From NCBI RefSeq assembly GCF_040938485.1, contig NW_027270954.1, positions 806,001 through 870,000 of the forward strand: DNA of 64,000 nucleotides, given 5' to 3'. The notes under the pieces are model-generated. The model worked only from the letters and a program-made list of their open reading frames with translations, had not been told where the DNA came from and searched no databases. This document shows, one piece after another, positions 25,407-37,184 of the stretch. The stretch is from Diadema antillarum. Taxonomy: Eukaryota. The stretch's first letter is position 1, and the number at the start of each line of letters is the position of its first letter. The position numbers and the translations under genes were made by a program.

Positions 25407-27964
25407 TCAGTGGTTTGAAATGTAGATGGTCTTGTGTTTCTCTAAGAGCTCAATGTCCCTTTCCAGCTGTTTCATTTCCGCCTCCATCCGCTCCTTCCTC
25501 GCCTTCTTGGGCGCTGTATCCGTGACAACGGAGAGACCCTGGTACTGGTGGTGGATCTCTTCCCAGTTCTTCTTGAGACCATCCATAATGGCCCTGCGCT
25601 CCTCTTCCGTCAGACATTTCATAGCGCCGCGCCTGTAGTGCTCGCGGATGTACTCATCATACTCCTCCTGTGCTCTCTCAACTTCTTCTTTGCGCTTCTG
25701 CAGGTAGGTGGGCACCTCCCCGTAACCCTGTGAAATAATGAAGTATGACACAAGCAAAGTTGTTGAGAAATGCACAGTAACACGCAGGAAGCACAAAAAA
25801 ATTACAGTAACATATTGTACGTGTGAAGCCTTCATGTAAGAGAATCTTATTTCCTTCAAAGAAAATTAAATTTGGTTTAATCAAAAGAGCACTGTAATCA
25901 AAACAATGTATACATGCATTTACTACATGTAAGTGTACTGAAAATTCATGTCACTTTCCTCTTACTTTCCTCAAACACAGCCTTGTCTAGGGTATTTTGA
26001 AGGGCACTTTACAACACAAACTTATCAAGTAATCTTGCTGCTTTATGAAACAGATTGTTAACAGCCCGTGGATCACATCCCTCCCGATATGTGCATCGGT
26101 GCACAACATATCACCATCATACAGGTGCAGAAAATGGAGCTCATAGATGTGGGTTCAATGTACAGTGTACATGTAATACTGTCACAAAAAAAGAAAAAGA
26201 AAACAAAAATTAATCACTAGCTGAAAGAAAATACAACAATACAAAACCTATGAAAATACAAATATGAAATGATAAAACAAAAAACTGAATGCCAGGAACA
26301 GTATGTACAATGTACAACGTACAAGTGTATGTCTTTGTTTCAAGTTTGTAGGGTCAATGCCCTTCTCATCTCAACTGATGATACAAGTCCAGCCCATGCA
26401 TGTTGGAGATTGCACCATTAACCTACTCTCCCACACAAATGTACACTGTAGTTCATGCATCATGGTTAAATGTACTGTAGTCCTCACCTTCTTCTTGACG
26501 TATTTGGGCATCAGGCCTGATGGAGTTAGCGGATGCGTTGCCCCATTCACTGTGTCTACAAAGTTTGCAGCTGGTTTCTTTGGGACTGACATGATGTTTT
26601 CCACAGCATTTGTGTTGACGAAATTCTTGTTGGATTTCAGACCCATGAGAGGCTTTTCATCTCTCTTGGGCACCGCTGGCCTCCTGGTATCCTCGTCTGG
26701 GTACTTGAAGGGCTTTTTCCCAGGCAGCTGGGGTTCCTTGGAGTGTTTCTTCACAAACTCTTCTGGTTTCTTCAGCTCCACTTTTGCAGGTCCCATGGTC
26801 TTATTTGGTGCCTTGTTTGACTTGACCTCAACTTTTACTGTGCTCTTGAACTTTGAGTTGTACCTGTGGAATGCAAAAACAGAAGAAAAAAAATACATAA
26901 ATAAGTTACTATAACATGCAGGTCAATCATATTCATAGTAGTATCTTCAACAGTTAAGTACAGGACAATTAAGAAGCAGTGATCAGGAGTTATAAGCCAA
27001 CTCTTTCTTCCTGTACCAGATGATGATGATGATGATGATGACGACGAACAATGTACGTACAAAACCTACATGTATGGGGGGGGGGGGGGGGGGGTTGTGT
27101 TTCCGGACACTTAAGTTTACACATTTTACACAAAATATGCACCCTTCTTTACCTCAAAGAATTGATATAGACTCCTCATATACTAGACAACATATGTCAT
27201 AGGCCTACTCTGAAAACGGCGTGAGAATTCCTGGGTGCGTCATTTTCATTACAGACGCACTTACAATACGCGTCCAGTCCCACACGCTTGGTCATGATAC
27301 ATACAGTGTGTATGTATTGATGTTGATCTACTCTGTAATTGAAAACAGTAGGCCTAGATGATAGTGTTATGTAGTGAGAGTGTTTGTTGGCTGCAATGAC
27401 CAGATTCCAGAATGGTTCCCCAACCAACAGAATATAAATTGTAGGAGGATCGGCAACTCTCCATTGTGTAATTTAGTGTGTAGGGCAAGACACACTCCTC
27501 GCTTTGTTTGTACCTTTGAACGTTTTGAAATGGGGAGACCAAACATGCACTGGACAAACAAATGTTTTATTTCCTACACGTATAGTTAGACCCCCATTTC
27601 TCAACCGTGGGCCGCGTCGAAAGCTCTCGCAGCTGCTTGGGCCGCGATGTCGGCCAAGATTAAAAATCAAATGAAAAAGCAGATTCCTAGATCTTCTTTC
27701 TATTCTAATGTTCAATCTTGCTGAGCCTTGAAAAATATGGGAGACAAAGTGGGCCTCGGGCTTAAACAGGTTGAGAAGGATGGTGGAATCTTTCTTGACG
27801 GTCTAAAAAATTGTTTCTAATAAACGTTACTCTAAAAACTTGAAAAACTGAACACTGTGTGAAGTCGGTGGTTTCGTTATTCAAATTTACCTTGGCTGCT
27901 TCTCTGGTTTCACCTCTTCCTGAGGAATGAGATTGTAGATACTTTCTTCGTACATCATTGCCAT
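25407..27964 (-). CDS. ENKUR: Enkurin (ciliary/flagellar microtubule inner protein), 3 coding exons, 256 aa
   Basis: Exons 27964-27891 (MAMMYEESIYNLIPQEEVKPEKQPR), 26863-26488 (YNSKFK...KTMGPAKVE...KNFVNTNAVENI...PSGLMPKYVKKK) and 25727-25407 (GYGEVPTYL...GLKKNWEEIHHQYQGLS...EAEMKQLERDIELLEKHKTIYISNH*). Phases 2 and 0 join cleanly, and the motifs match the enkurin family. Confidence 0.95.
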
Positions 27965-28229
27965 GGTGATACTCCTTTTGAAGAAGAAAGTAGGATGAAC
28001 AACAGTAGGCCTAATGCGATTTTAGTGATTCTTCTCGGGTTTTTGCTCCTCTTAGCTCTGCTCACAGGCTTCAGTTGCGTACCACGTTAGCACTTGTATT
28101 GAACACTTGTACGTACACTATCCTATCTTGCTGTACATGTTCCACGGAGGTAATGTTATTGTATCGTCGTTCACATCACACACTCTCCGCATCGCCCGCA
28201 TAGCTTCGAGTACACACGGCAAAACACTC

Positions 28230-28285
28230 GCAGCGATTGGCGTTGTCAAGAGAGGTGAAACGTCACGATCACTATGGCTACGTAC
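28230..28285 (-). promoter_or_regulatory. Candidate ENKUR promoter: CCAAT box, CRE-like half site and X-box-like (RFX) motif
   Basis: attgg 28236-28240, acgtca 28260-28265 and atcactatggctac 28268-28281 lie within a CpG-rich stretch about 270-320 bp upstream of the ATG. Confidence 0.4.
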
Positions 28286-28391
28286 TAGGCCAAAATATCG
28301 AAACGCCCTCTACGCCAACACTGCGTTGCGTCGACAAAACGCTTAGTGCAGGTTCCAGTTCGGAGGGGTGGTGGTCCTCGTGTATCTTTCT

Positions 28392-28503
28392 AGTTGGGTG
28401 ATACACTATTCAGCTAATTACTCATATCAATGACAGTGTTATCTGATATGTTATAATTTTCGAACTATTAAGTATCAAAAGTGGGATTTTTTTTATCACC
28501 TAG
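28392..28503. mobile_element. Terminal fragment of the same family, about 430 bp upstream of the ENKUR ATG
   Basis: tacactattcagcta...tcaatgacagtgttatctgata...atcaaaagtggg...cacctag|ta. Confidence 0.7.
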
Positions 28504-28814
28504 TAGTAGCAAATTGATCTTGAAGGCAGTGAAGAACTGTTCGGAGACGAAAGAGAGGAAAGAGGAAAAAATATGTTTGAGATAGCGTCTTATCAAAATG
28601 TTGCTTTTTTTTTCATTCTCATCAAAGACAAGCTTTCGAAGTACGAACCCATCAATTCTCAGTTTGATGACATTCCACATGGCCATGACCCAGGCAACTG
28701 AAAACGTCGACAAAATTCAGATCTGAATACAGATGCGTTCAGTACAAGTATGACATTGTCTTTTATACGTAAATTAAATTATAGCAGATATAGAGATCGA
28801 CAATCTTCGACTCT

Positions 28815-29744
28815 GGCTGCGTTTATCAACTTTCCCCAGTTTAAACGACTTTCGAAAGCCCTTTCCATAGCCCTTTCCATAGCCCTTTCGAAAGCCCTGT
28901 CCACTCCCTGAACTATTAATGTGCCGCTTGTTTTCGTCGGCTGCGTTTATCAACTTTCATTAGCCCTTTCGATAGCCCTTTCCACAGCCCTTTCGAGAGC
29001 CCTTTCCAAAGCCCTGACTGCCTGTACTATTAATGTGCCGCTTGTTTTCTAAGAAGGGACGGCGAAAAGCAATTACCATCATAAAGACATATCTTCCTTT
29101 GAGAGTGACGAGTCATGATACAATGGCACATGAATCAATTGTCTTCCTATCTGTGAGGCAGCTCCAGTTTAGCACATACTTCAAATATTTCTGAGTGGCA
29201 GCATGAGACATGGGATCAAAGGGAATGAGACTGTTGTTACTCTATTTCTCAAACCTTGTTGGTGAAAGAAACACCTCCTTGTTCCAAGCATATGCGTGCA
29301 TTACACACAGCGAGTGTGCCCTTTACGTGGCGCGCGTCTTTTCAGAAACTGGAAACGCATGGTTGCGTAACCGCAGTAGGGCGACCTAAAGGGCTTTCAA
29401 AACAGCTTTGCGTTTATCAACTTCGAAAGGCGTTTACAAACAGGTTTCTGATAACCTGTTTAGGAAACCTGTTTGGATCGTCACAAATTTCGGGCTTTCG
29501 AAAAGGCTTTCCTAAAGGGCTTTCAAAACAGCTTTGCGTTTATCAACTCGTGAAAATTCCTTGAAAGCTGTTTGGATAACCTGTTTCTGCCGACAAAGGA
29601 GAGTTAAACGCACCCTTTCGTAAAAGGCTTTCCTAAAGGGCTTTCAAAACAGCTTTGCGTTTATCAACTCGTGAAAATTCCTTGAAAGCTGTTTGGATAT
29701 TTGGAACCTGTTTCTGCCGAGAAAAGGAGTTGATAAACGCAACC
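28815..29744. mobile_element. Harbinger-like MITE with internal tandem subrepeats
   Basis: TIR ggctgcgtttatcaact / agttgataaacgcaacc. Internal about 11-bp (agccctttcca) and about 120-bp (gggctttcaaaacagctttgcgtttatcaact...) repeats. Confidence 0.7.
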
Positions 29745-31739
29745 AGTCTGTTGTCTTCGACTCTATTGAGAAAGTTTGCGGGAGGGGGGGGGGGGGGGGA
29801 ATCGGAGGCTCACGCTTGTGGTTAAAAAATACACATACACACACGCGCACCCGCAGACTTACACGTGCATTCACACATGGTACACACATAAGAACACCGA
29901 TGACTTTACGGAGGTTCAGCTCCGAGATTCTTCTCTGTCCAGGTATGTATACAGGGGAGACTGAGTCTAGTTGTTACAAATTTTACATTTTGATATCTAT
30001 TAAGCAAACAAGCAGATGTATTTATTTCATTTTCTTTGTGAGAATAACTTATACTCACTATTATTTGGAAACAGTAAAAACTTTGTCAGTCATTAAGTCA
30101 TTAATTAACATGATTAGTGTTATACTACATGGAATTAATAAACATAACATTTTGTAACATCTTGCCGAATTATATAACAAACATAAAATTTTGTGACATC
30201 TTTGCCCTGATAAGTTGGAGTAAGTTATAACAGCACATGGGGTATTTTGTTACATATTCTAAAGGCCTATTTAGAAAGTAGCCTATGCATAAATCGTGTA
30301 GAAGCAGATCTGACATGATTATACGTGTAAATGAATGTGTACCTGTGTGTGCATGTTTGTGCATGCGTAATAGGCCCTACTATGTATGTGTGCGTGTGTG
30401 TTTGTGTGTGTGTGAATATGTGCGTCTGTGTGGCTGTCTGTCTGTGTATTTTTATTAAATCAGGGTAAAATTTTCTCTGATGGGATGATACTACTTTAAA
30501 TATAGATGGATGTGACGTACATTCACATTAACAACATTAATCATGAATAAACGGGATAGGTCAAGTTTACTGGTATTCAGTATGGTACAATGCAAGCTTA
30601 CTTCTCATCAAAACAAAGGAAATCAAGTACCGAACAGCAAATCATGCAACTTAACATTTTTTTTTTAAGCTAAACAATGCTCACATGCAAGTCACTGATG
30701 TATAATTGGCTTAAGAGTGTAGCTTTTTAACATTTGAATATTATGCTTGAAAACCACATGACATTGTAAATCAGACTTTCCTGTATAAGTAATATAACAG
30801 AAGTATAGCCCTGAAAATTCTTTGAGGTATAAATAATAAAAGTTGTTGCACCTCAATATAATGTTCAACAGATGGGGCAAGTTGTTACAGTGCAACAACT
30901 TGACCCGATACACAATACCTTAAACAAGTGTGCCCAATAAACGCTCAAGCATCAGACGCGAATACATGTATAACCAAAAGACACCCAAGACACACTTCAT
31001 ACCCACATACCCATCATTATCTCGAGATCTAATGGTTTTGATGAAATAAAGGAATATCGAATATTTTGAAATTTTACTTAGAGAGATGAAAAAGCATTTT
31101 TTTCACCTAACTTCTTCATAGAATGTTCAAGTGTGACCAAATTCCACACGCTGAGATCGTTGGATAACTGATCACGTGCGCAACAACTAGACCCGATCTC
31201 ATCACGACGGCACTCATGGCAAGCAGCAAAGTATACAATTGCTCTAGAAGGAAACGAACACAATGCCTGATCCTAGTCTTCTAATATCAGTTAACCGCCG
31301 CAAGGATTACGGTCAATGAGTTTATAAGCTGTTTGGAGAAGGAAGTCTTCGAATTTCACAGTGAAGAAATCATGGTTATGGGTACAGAGCTGCAAATGCA
31401 AAACTCGATAGACATTAACCCCTTTCATCCCGATTCTGAAATCCTCATAGACTTAATACATGTTCATACACAGCTCACCAGGTTCCCGAAGTGAACATGT
31501 TAAATTAATCTGAATTTAAATTGAAAGTATAACACTCCGAAACCCAACAGGGCAGTGGAAGGAATTACATGTACAATGGAGAAACAATCAATCTATTATG
31601 TAATTACATCTATCGAGTTTGCTATAGCTATTATACGATATCCTTCCAAGTTTAAGAAAAAGTTGTAGTTTAACAGGAACTTAAGAAAGCATTAAACTTC
31701 TCATTTTAACATACACACACACACACAAACTAACTATGA

Positions 31740-32118
31740 AACTATGAAAATAAAAAGAGAATTTCACAAAATTTTACTTTTTGAATTAAGTGCACATTTC
31801 TTGGACTTGTTACTGATGTGTGTGAAGGATAATATTATTCCCCTCGCCTTCTGAAAGAGAGAAGTCGAGTGTTCTTTTGTTATGCGAGAAAAGTGAAAAT
31901 AAGGTGAATTTTCTTTATACTTTCTTTATACCGCTGTACTCATGTGACATCACATGCTATAGTAGTCTTCTCATCCAGCCATGACTGAGCAGAAACTTTA
32001 AAAATTCATAACTTTTGAACGGATTGTCGGATTTTCCTCAAACTCTCACTGATGTGTTCTACTAATATTGCTGCATTCACTCAACCCACATGTATATGAA
32101 GGTGAACTTGTCCTTTAA
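31740..32118. mobile_element. Kolobok-like MITE fragment; related copy at about 55390-55770
   Basis: Ends gaaggtgaacttgtcct|ttaa; shares gtagtcttctcatcca and ctgaaagag segments with 55390-55770. Confidence 0.55.
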
Positions 32119-32754
32119 GACAAACTGACACACAATGATCTCACATAGTCCCGCAAAAGTACATCAATACGACAGCAATACACAACAAACAACACGTATA
32201 AAATGTTCGTGTATCAGTTGCAATATAGTCGAAATTGTGCTTTTTTCCTCGAAAGTGTCAACCAACTCTCCGTATTATGCTCGTCTGTAGGCCTATACAG
32301 TGCCTAATTTTTGTTTGTTTGTTTCATTTTCTATCAAAGAAGATGGCTGGATAACCCATATTCAGCTGCAAAAACTGATCTTCCATATGGGGTCCAGTTA
32401 GATGTTCTGCTCTTTGCGATGAATAAATGAAGTGGGATCTTTTACGTGTATGAGTTGTGACTCTCTTACACATAATGGACCTCCATTTTATGTCCAATCC
32501 AAGGGACATGTGCGTGTATATTCCTATTTGCTAAGCGCGAGTTCAAAATTGTCAATTAACAGGTGGACCTCTACTGCAAAATAAATAATCATCATAAATC
32601 CCAATATATTCAAAGAAAAATGAGAAACACATGCATACACGGCCCCAAACTAACTAAATTCAGGACTTCTTTTAAATTGAATGCAGTTATTTGGAACATG
32701 GTTGGCTCTTCACGAATTTGAATGACCGACGAGATTCCGTCGCCAGCTTGACAT

Positions 32755-32910
32755 GAATTTGAATGCTCATTGATGAAATGCGTGCTCCTCTCTTAAATTT
32801 GAATGCTCCGATAGTGAATTTGAATGTTCCGATATCGTGAATTTGAATGCTCCGATAGCGAATTTGAATGCTCGGATAGTGAATTCTAATGACCGGATTT
32901 TGAATTTGAT
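32755..32910. repeat. About 21-bp minisatellite (gaatttgaatgctccgatagc), about 6-7 degenerate copies
   Basis: Repeated gaatttgaatg units. Confidence 0.8.
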
Positions 32911-33181
32911 TGCTGATTCAGTGCTGCGAGCGTGGAATGCGTGAAATCGAATGCTCGGAATAGGAACTTGAATGACAAAAGTATGAAATTGACCGGGAAA
33001 CCTATATTTTACTATACCTATTTTGCTACATAAACACACCCACTCATAAAATACTCAGTTACACACTAAAAAAAAAAACCCAGAAAACAAAACAAAACAA
33101 AAACGAAACAAAACAAAACAAAACAAAACCAATCCAGAATAATACACTGCATTTTACACAATCCACTTATAGAACTACGTA

Positions 33182-33698
33182 CACTGCAAAAAGTCCGGTG
33201 TTAAATGTGAAACACCGAGTGGGTGTTAAATTTCTAGTGCTCATTCATGGTGTATAGATTAACACCTCCGGGTGTCATTTCAAAATTTGAAATTGTTTTT
33301 TGAATAGTTTCTTAGCTACAACTTCTTGTTAATTTTGAACTTCAACAAGGCGATAAAGAATTTTCTGATGAAGTACTTGATTTTTGAAAAAATGTGTAAA
33401 CACATTTACATCACAGTAACACCAGTTGGTGTGGTCTCCTATTGAAGCTGGACGGGTGTTGTACCATTGAAAATATCAAATCAACACCATGCGGTGTCAT
33501 TATTGAATTTACTCTAGCGCAGTGTCAAAAATATCACCAGCCACAGTGTCAAATTAACACCACGAAGTGCCAGGTGAACACATTTAAACACAGTCACAAT
33601 ACATTTCTACACCTGTGGGTGTAGTCCTCTATTGAAACTTGATCGGTGTTAGATTTAACACCCATGGTGTTAAATCTAACATCGGTGTTTTTACAGTG
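33182..33698. mobile_element. CACTG-terminated (CMC/EnSpm-like) MITE, TA flanks
   Basis: ta|cactgcaaaaa...tttttacagtg|ta, with many aacacc/ggtgtt subterminal repeats. Confidence 0.75.
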
Positions 33699-35678
33699 TA
33701 CGAGCTAAACTTTCGAGAGGAGATATCAGGCATAATTGGCGTTGTTATATAATGAGAAAGGGGAATATATTCTTTAATTCTGCAATTGACGATTTTCTTA
33801 AATTGTAACCTTGCCTTATACATCATAAATTTAATCATTAATAAACAACCTGTATTGCACCATTCTACTCCATGAGAATTCCTTCTATACTCGCGTGTAT
33901 ATCTTGCCAATCTGCATTGTGGTTGTTTATTTTGCTATCTCAATATACTCAACCATAATTATATCCTGCCAAAATTCTTTAATTTTAACGCAGTTCCAAT
34001 TTAAAGAATAAACTCACAAAACAAACACACACCCTATATAAAACACTCCTGCAGCCGTTCAGTGGGTCGGTCTTCTCTCTTCAAGCAAAATTAATGCAGA
34101 TATGTCTGTGTTGAACAACAACACCGAAATGGCTTTTGCATTACAATAAAGAGTATGACAAAACCATTATACTTGATTCAAACAAAGTTCTCATCTAGCA
34201 AAACTTAAACAACAATATCATTGTCTTTTTCATTGTCTTCAGTCTTTGACATAATTTTGACACAAAATGCATGAATATAAGAACTCTCAGTAACCATTAA
34301 AACCCTGAATTCATGTACCATGTATTTCAACAGATTTAAGCCCAAGATGTTCTTATCATTGTATACAACGCTGAAAATCAAAACGTGTTCAAATCAGAAA
34401 AAATATTAATATTACAAATCAGCTCATTAATTCATTCTTCATATAGAATACTAACAACTCCAAGAGATGCAACATGAGAGCTCTCATATAAACGTAAACA
34501 TACATGTACAAGCTTACTTAAAAATCCACAATTTTATGTCATATATACCTTTATTAATCAAGCCTTTACAACTCCATAATAACCCATTCTCATCAGGAAT
34601 TTTACGGATGCCTATTAGAACGAAAGAGAAGTCAAATTTCCCTTTTCCTAGCAGTCTATGAAATCCCCACGGACATACATTAGCAGGTTCCTTGTTGATA
34701 TTGTGTTAAATCACATAATATAAAGAAATCGTTTCTGGTGTGTGAAATAAACTTTCAATTTAATATCGGATTTTACTTTCACAAAATATAGCAAATAACT
34801 ACTGTTGTTGGTAGTAGATGATAACCCATCAATTACATTAGCAAATGTAGCAACGTAATACAGTGCATCCCCGTTATAACGAAGTCCTCGGGACCGGCAG
34901 TTTTCTTTCGTTATTTCGAAATTAATTTCGCTATACTGTGACAATTTTATTAATGCAGTGTATGATGAAAACAAGCAAACTATGCGTATTTTTGTATCTT
35001 TTTTGTTAAATGCCAATCATACGCTGACTGACGACTCAATACAGGAGATTTAATTACAAATCAAATAAAAACCCTGCTTCAAAAAACATAAATTCATTCA
35101 CATCAAAGCACAATGTGCATACACCCATAAAAAGAATATTAATTACTTCAGATCCGATACACATGTGCGATATGCATGACAATATATAGTACAAGGACGG
35201 AAATGTGAATCCACTGCAAGTAGGCCCTACCATTGCTAATATTAGCGTAATCAAATCTATTCCCGATTTCAGTTTCATATCGTATTTAAGACTTGAATCA
35301 CACCACCGAATATGTTTGATTTAGTGTAGGCCTACTTTCTGTACAATTCTCCACAAAACTGCGCCTACATATCCTCCGTTTCCTTGTTGTTGCCTTCTCT
35401 TTTTTTTTTCATCCCGAAGTATAATACGAGTATGCTAGGGTGCGTGCAGTCCGAAATTAAAAGTGTGCCCGAGCGAGCCAGAGCTTGCAAGGCGTACCAC
35501 GAGCAGCAGCTGAGACTGAACGCCCCATGGCCATATAAAGCCAGACCGAGCCGTGCCAGGAAGCGTTATTGTGCCATCATGGACGGCTGCAGTTCATTAT
35601 TTCGAAGGTTTATCATTCCGAAGGTTCGTTAATCCGAAAATGAAATAAGGCTCGCTATTTTGAAGGTTCGTTAATCTA

Positions 35679-36541
35679 CACTCAGCAAAAAAAAGAAAGT
35701 AAACACTTTTTCAAGGTCATATTTTTCATAGAAGATTTTTTATGAAAATCAATGTATAATATTCCATATTAAAGATAATTTAATTGGCTATTACGCTGAT
35801 GGGTTAATTAAAACGAAAACTTTACGCATGAGTGAGCACATTCGTTTTTGTCCTCCAAGGCACAAAATTAAAAATTGCAAAAATTGGCAGGTTCTCTTTC
35901 ATCTGCAAATGCCCTTCACGATAACATTGACAACAAAAGGAATTTTCTGTCAAGTCAAACTTCAAATGACGTAGGGAATAATAAGCGTAAAGATGATTAA
36001 ATGAGCAGAATTTCTTTATTTCTTTTAATCTTGTAATTTAAAATCCATGTGACAATTTCAAGGACCAAACATTATTTACAATTTCCTAATTTGAAAAAAG
36101 CTCAAATTTCTACTTTTTCTATTTGAATTTAGATTTGACATAAGATGCTTTATTTTCCTCCAATATTTTTCGCCTTCATTGATCTTTTGGGTTTTAAAGA
36201 TAAAAATTATCATAGAGATCAAAGGTTTATTTTTGCAACTTAATTCATGTTTCTTTTTGTGTGAAATTTAGTTGTTTGTTCTTATATGGAAGAGCACATA
36301 CGCATGAATGACAACTTGTTCAGTTTTGCAATTTTCACTTTTGTGTCCTGGAAGAGAAAAACAATGGTGTTCACTCATGCGTAAAGTTTCCCTTTTTGTT
36401 GAGCTACCAGGTTGATATCCAATTAGATTATCTTCAGTATGGTATATAATGATTATTAGCTTTCAGCCAAATATTCTATGAGAAATCTAAACTTGAAACA
36501 GTGTTTACTTTCTTTTCTTTCTTTTTTTTTTTTGCTGATTG
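35679..36541. mobile_element. Tc1-like MITE, TA TSD
   Basis: ta|cactcagcaaaaaaaagaaagtaaacact...agtgtttactttc...tttgctgattg|ta; internal inverted aaactttacgcatgagtga. Confidence 0.75.
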
Positions 36542-37184
36542 TATTTGCCCAGAGGTCACTTCTCAACAGTGTTATGCTGAGAAATGTTATGTTGAGAAAT
36601 CATCGAGGCCAAATAGTTTTAATCGTAACCCGAAAAGAAGCTCTGGCACAGTTATTTATTTCGGACTGAACGCGACCTTAGACAGGCCTATAGGGTTCTA
36701 CATTACACAAATTTCGTAACTACAATGTACAACAGAATTATCTTTGGCGTCCAGCAGCGACTTGATTTAGTTACGCTTACTATCATAGACATGATAGAAG
36801 GATATACTGCACTAATATACAAGGAATCATAATGGTTTTATTACAAAGCACAAAAGGGAGATACGATCATAACAAGCAATTATCTACCAAGCTCACCCCT
36901 TTACACACACGCACACTACCCCACACCCATACCCATACCCTCAGCAGCCACACCCTCACGCACATGGTTCTTAAATGTGAATATAATAGGGAATGAATAT
37001 AGGAAATATGACAAAATGTATTAGTGTTACCGACTCATCAAAAAGGTCAAATAAAAACAACGAGAAAAAAATAGATATTTTCAAACACATCAAAAAAGTC
37101 TTCACAGTCACGTCCTTCATCCCTCATTAACATGACTAGTATCCAACTTGATCAACAGAAGCAAAGAACGATCAGAAGTGGGGT

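Noticed and set aside
26303-26914. 203-aa plus-strand ORF
   Set aside because: Antisense shadow of ENKUR exon 2.
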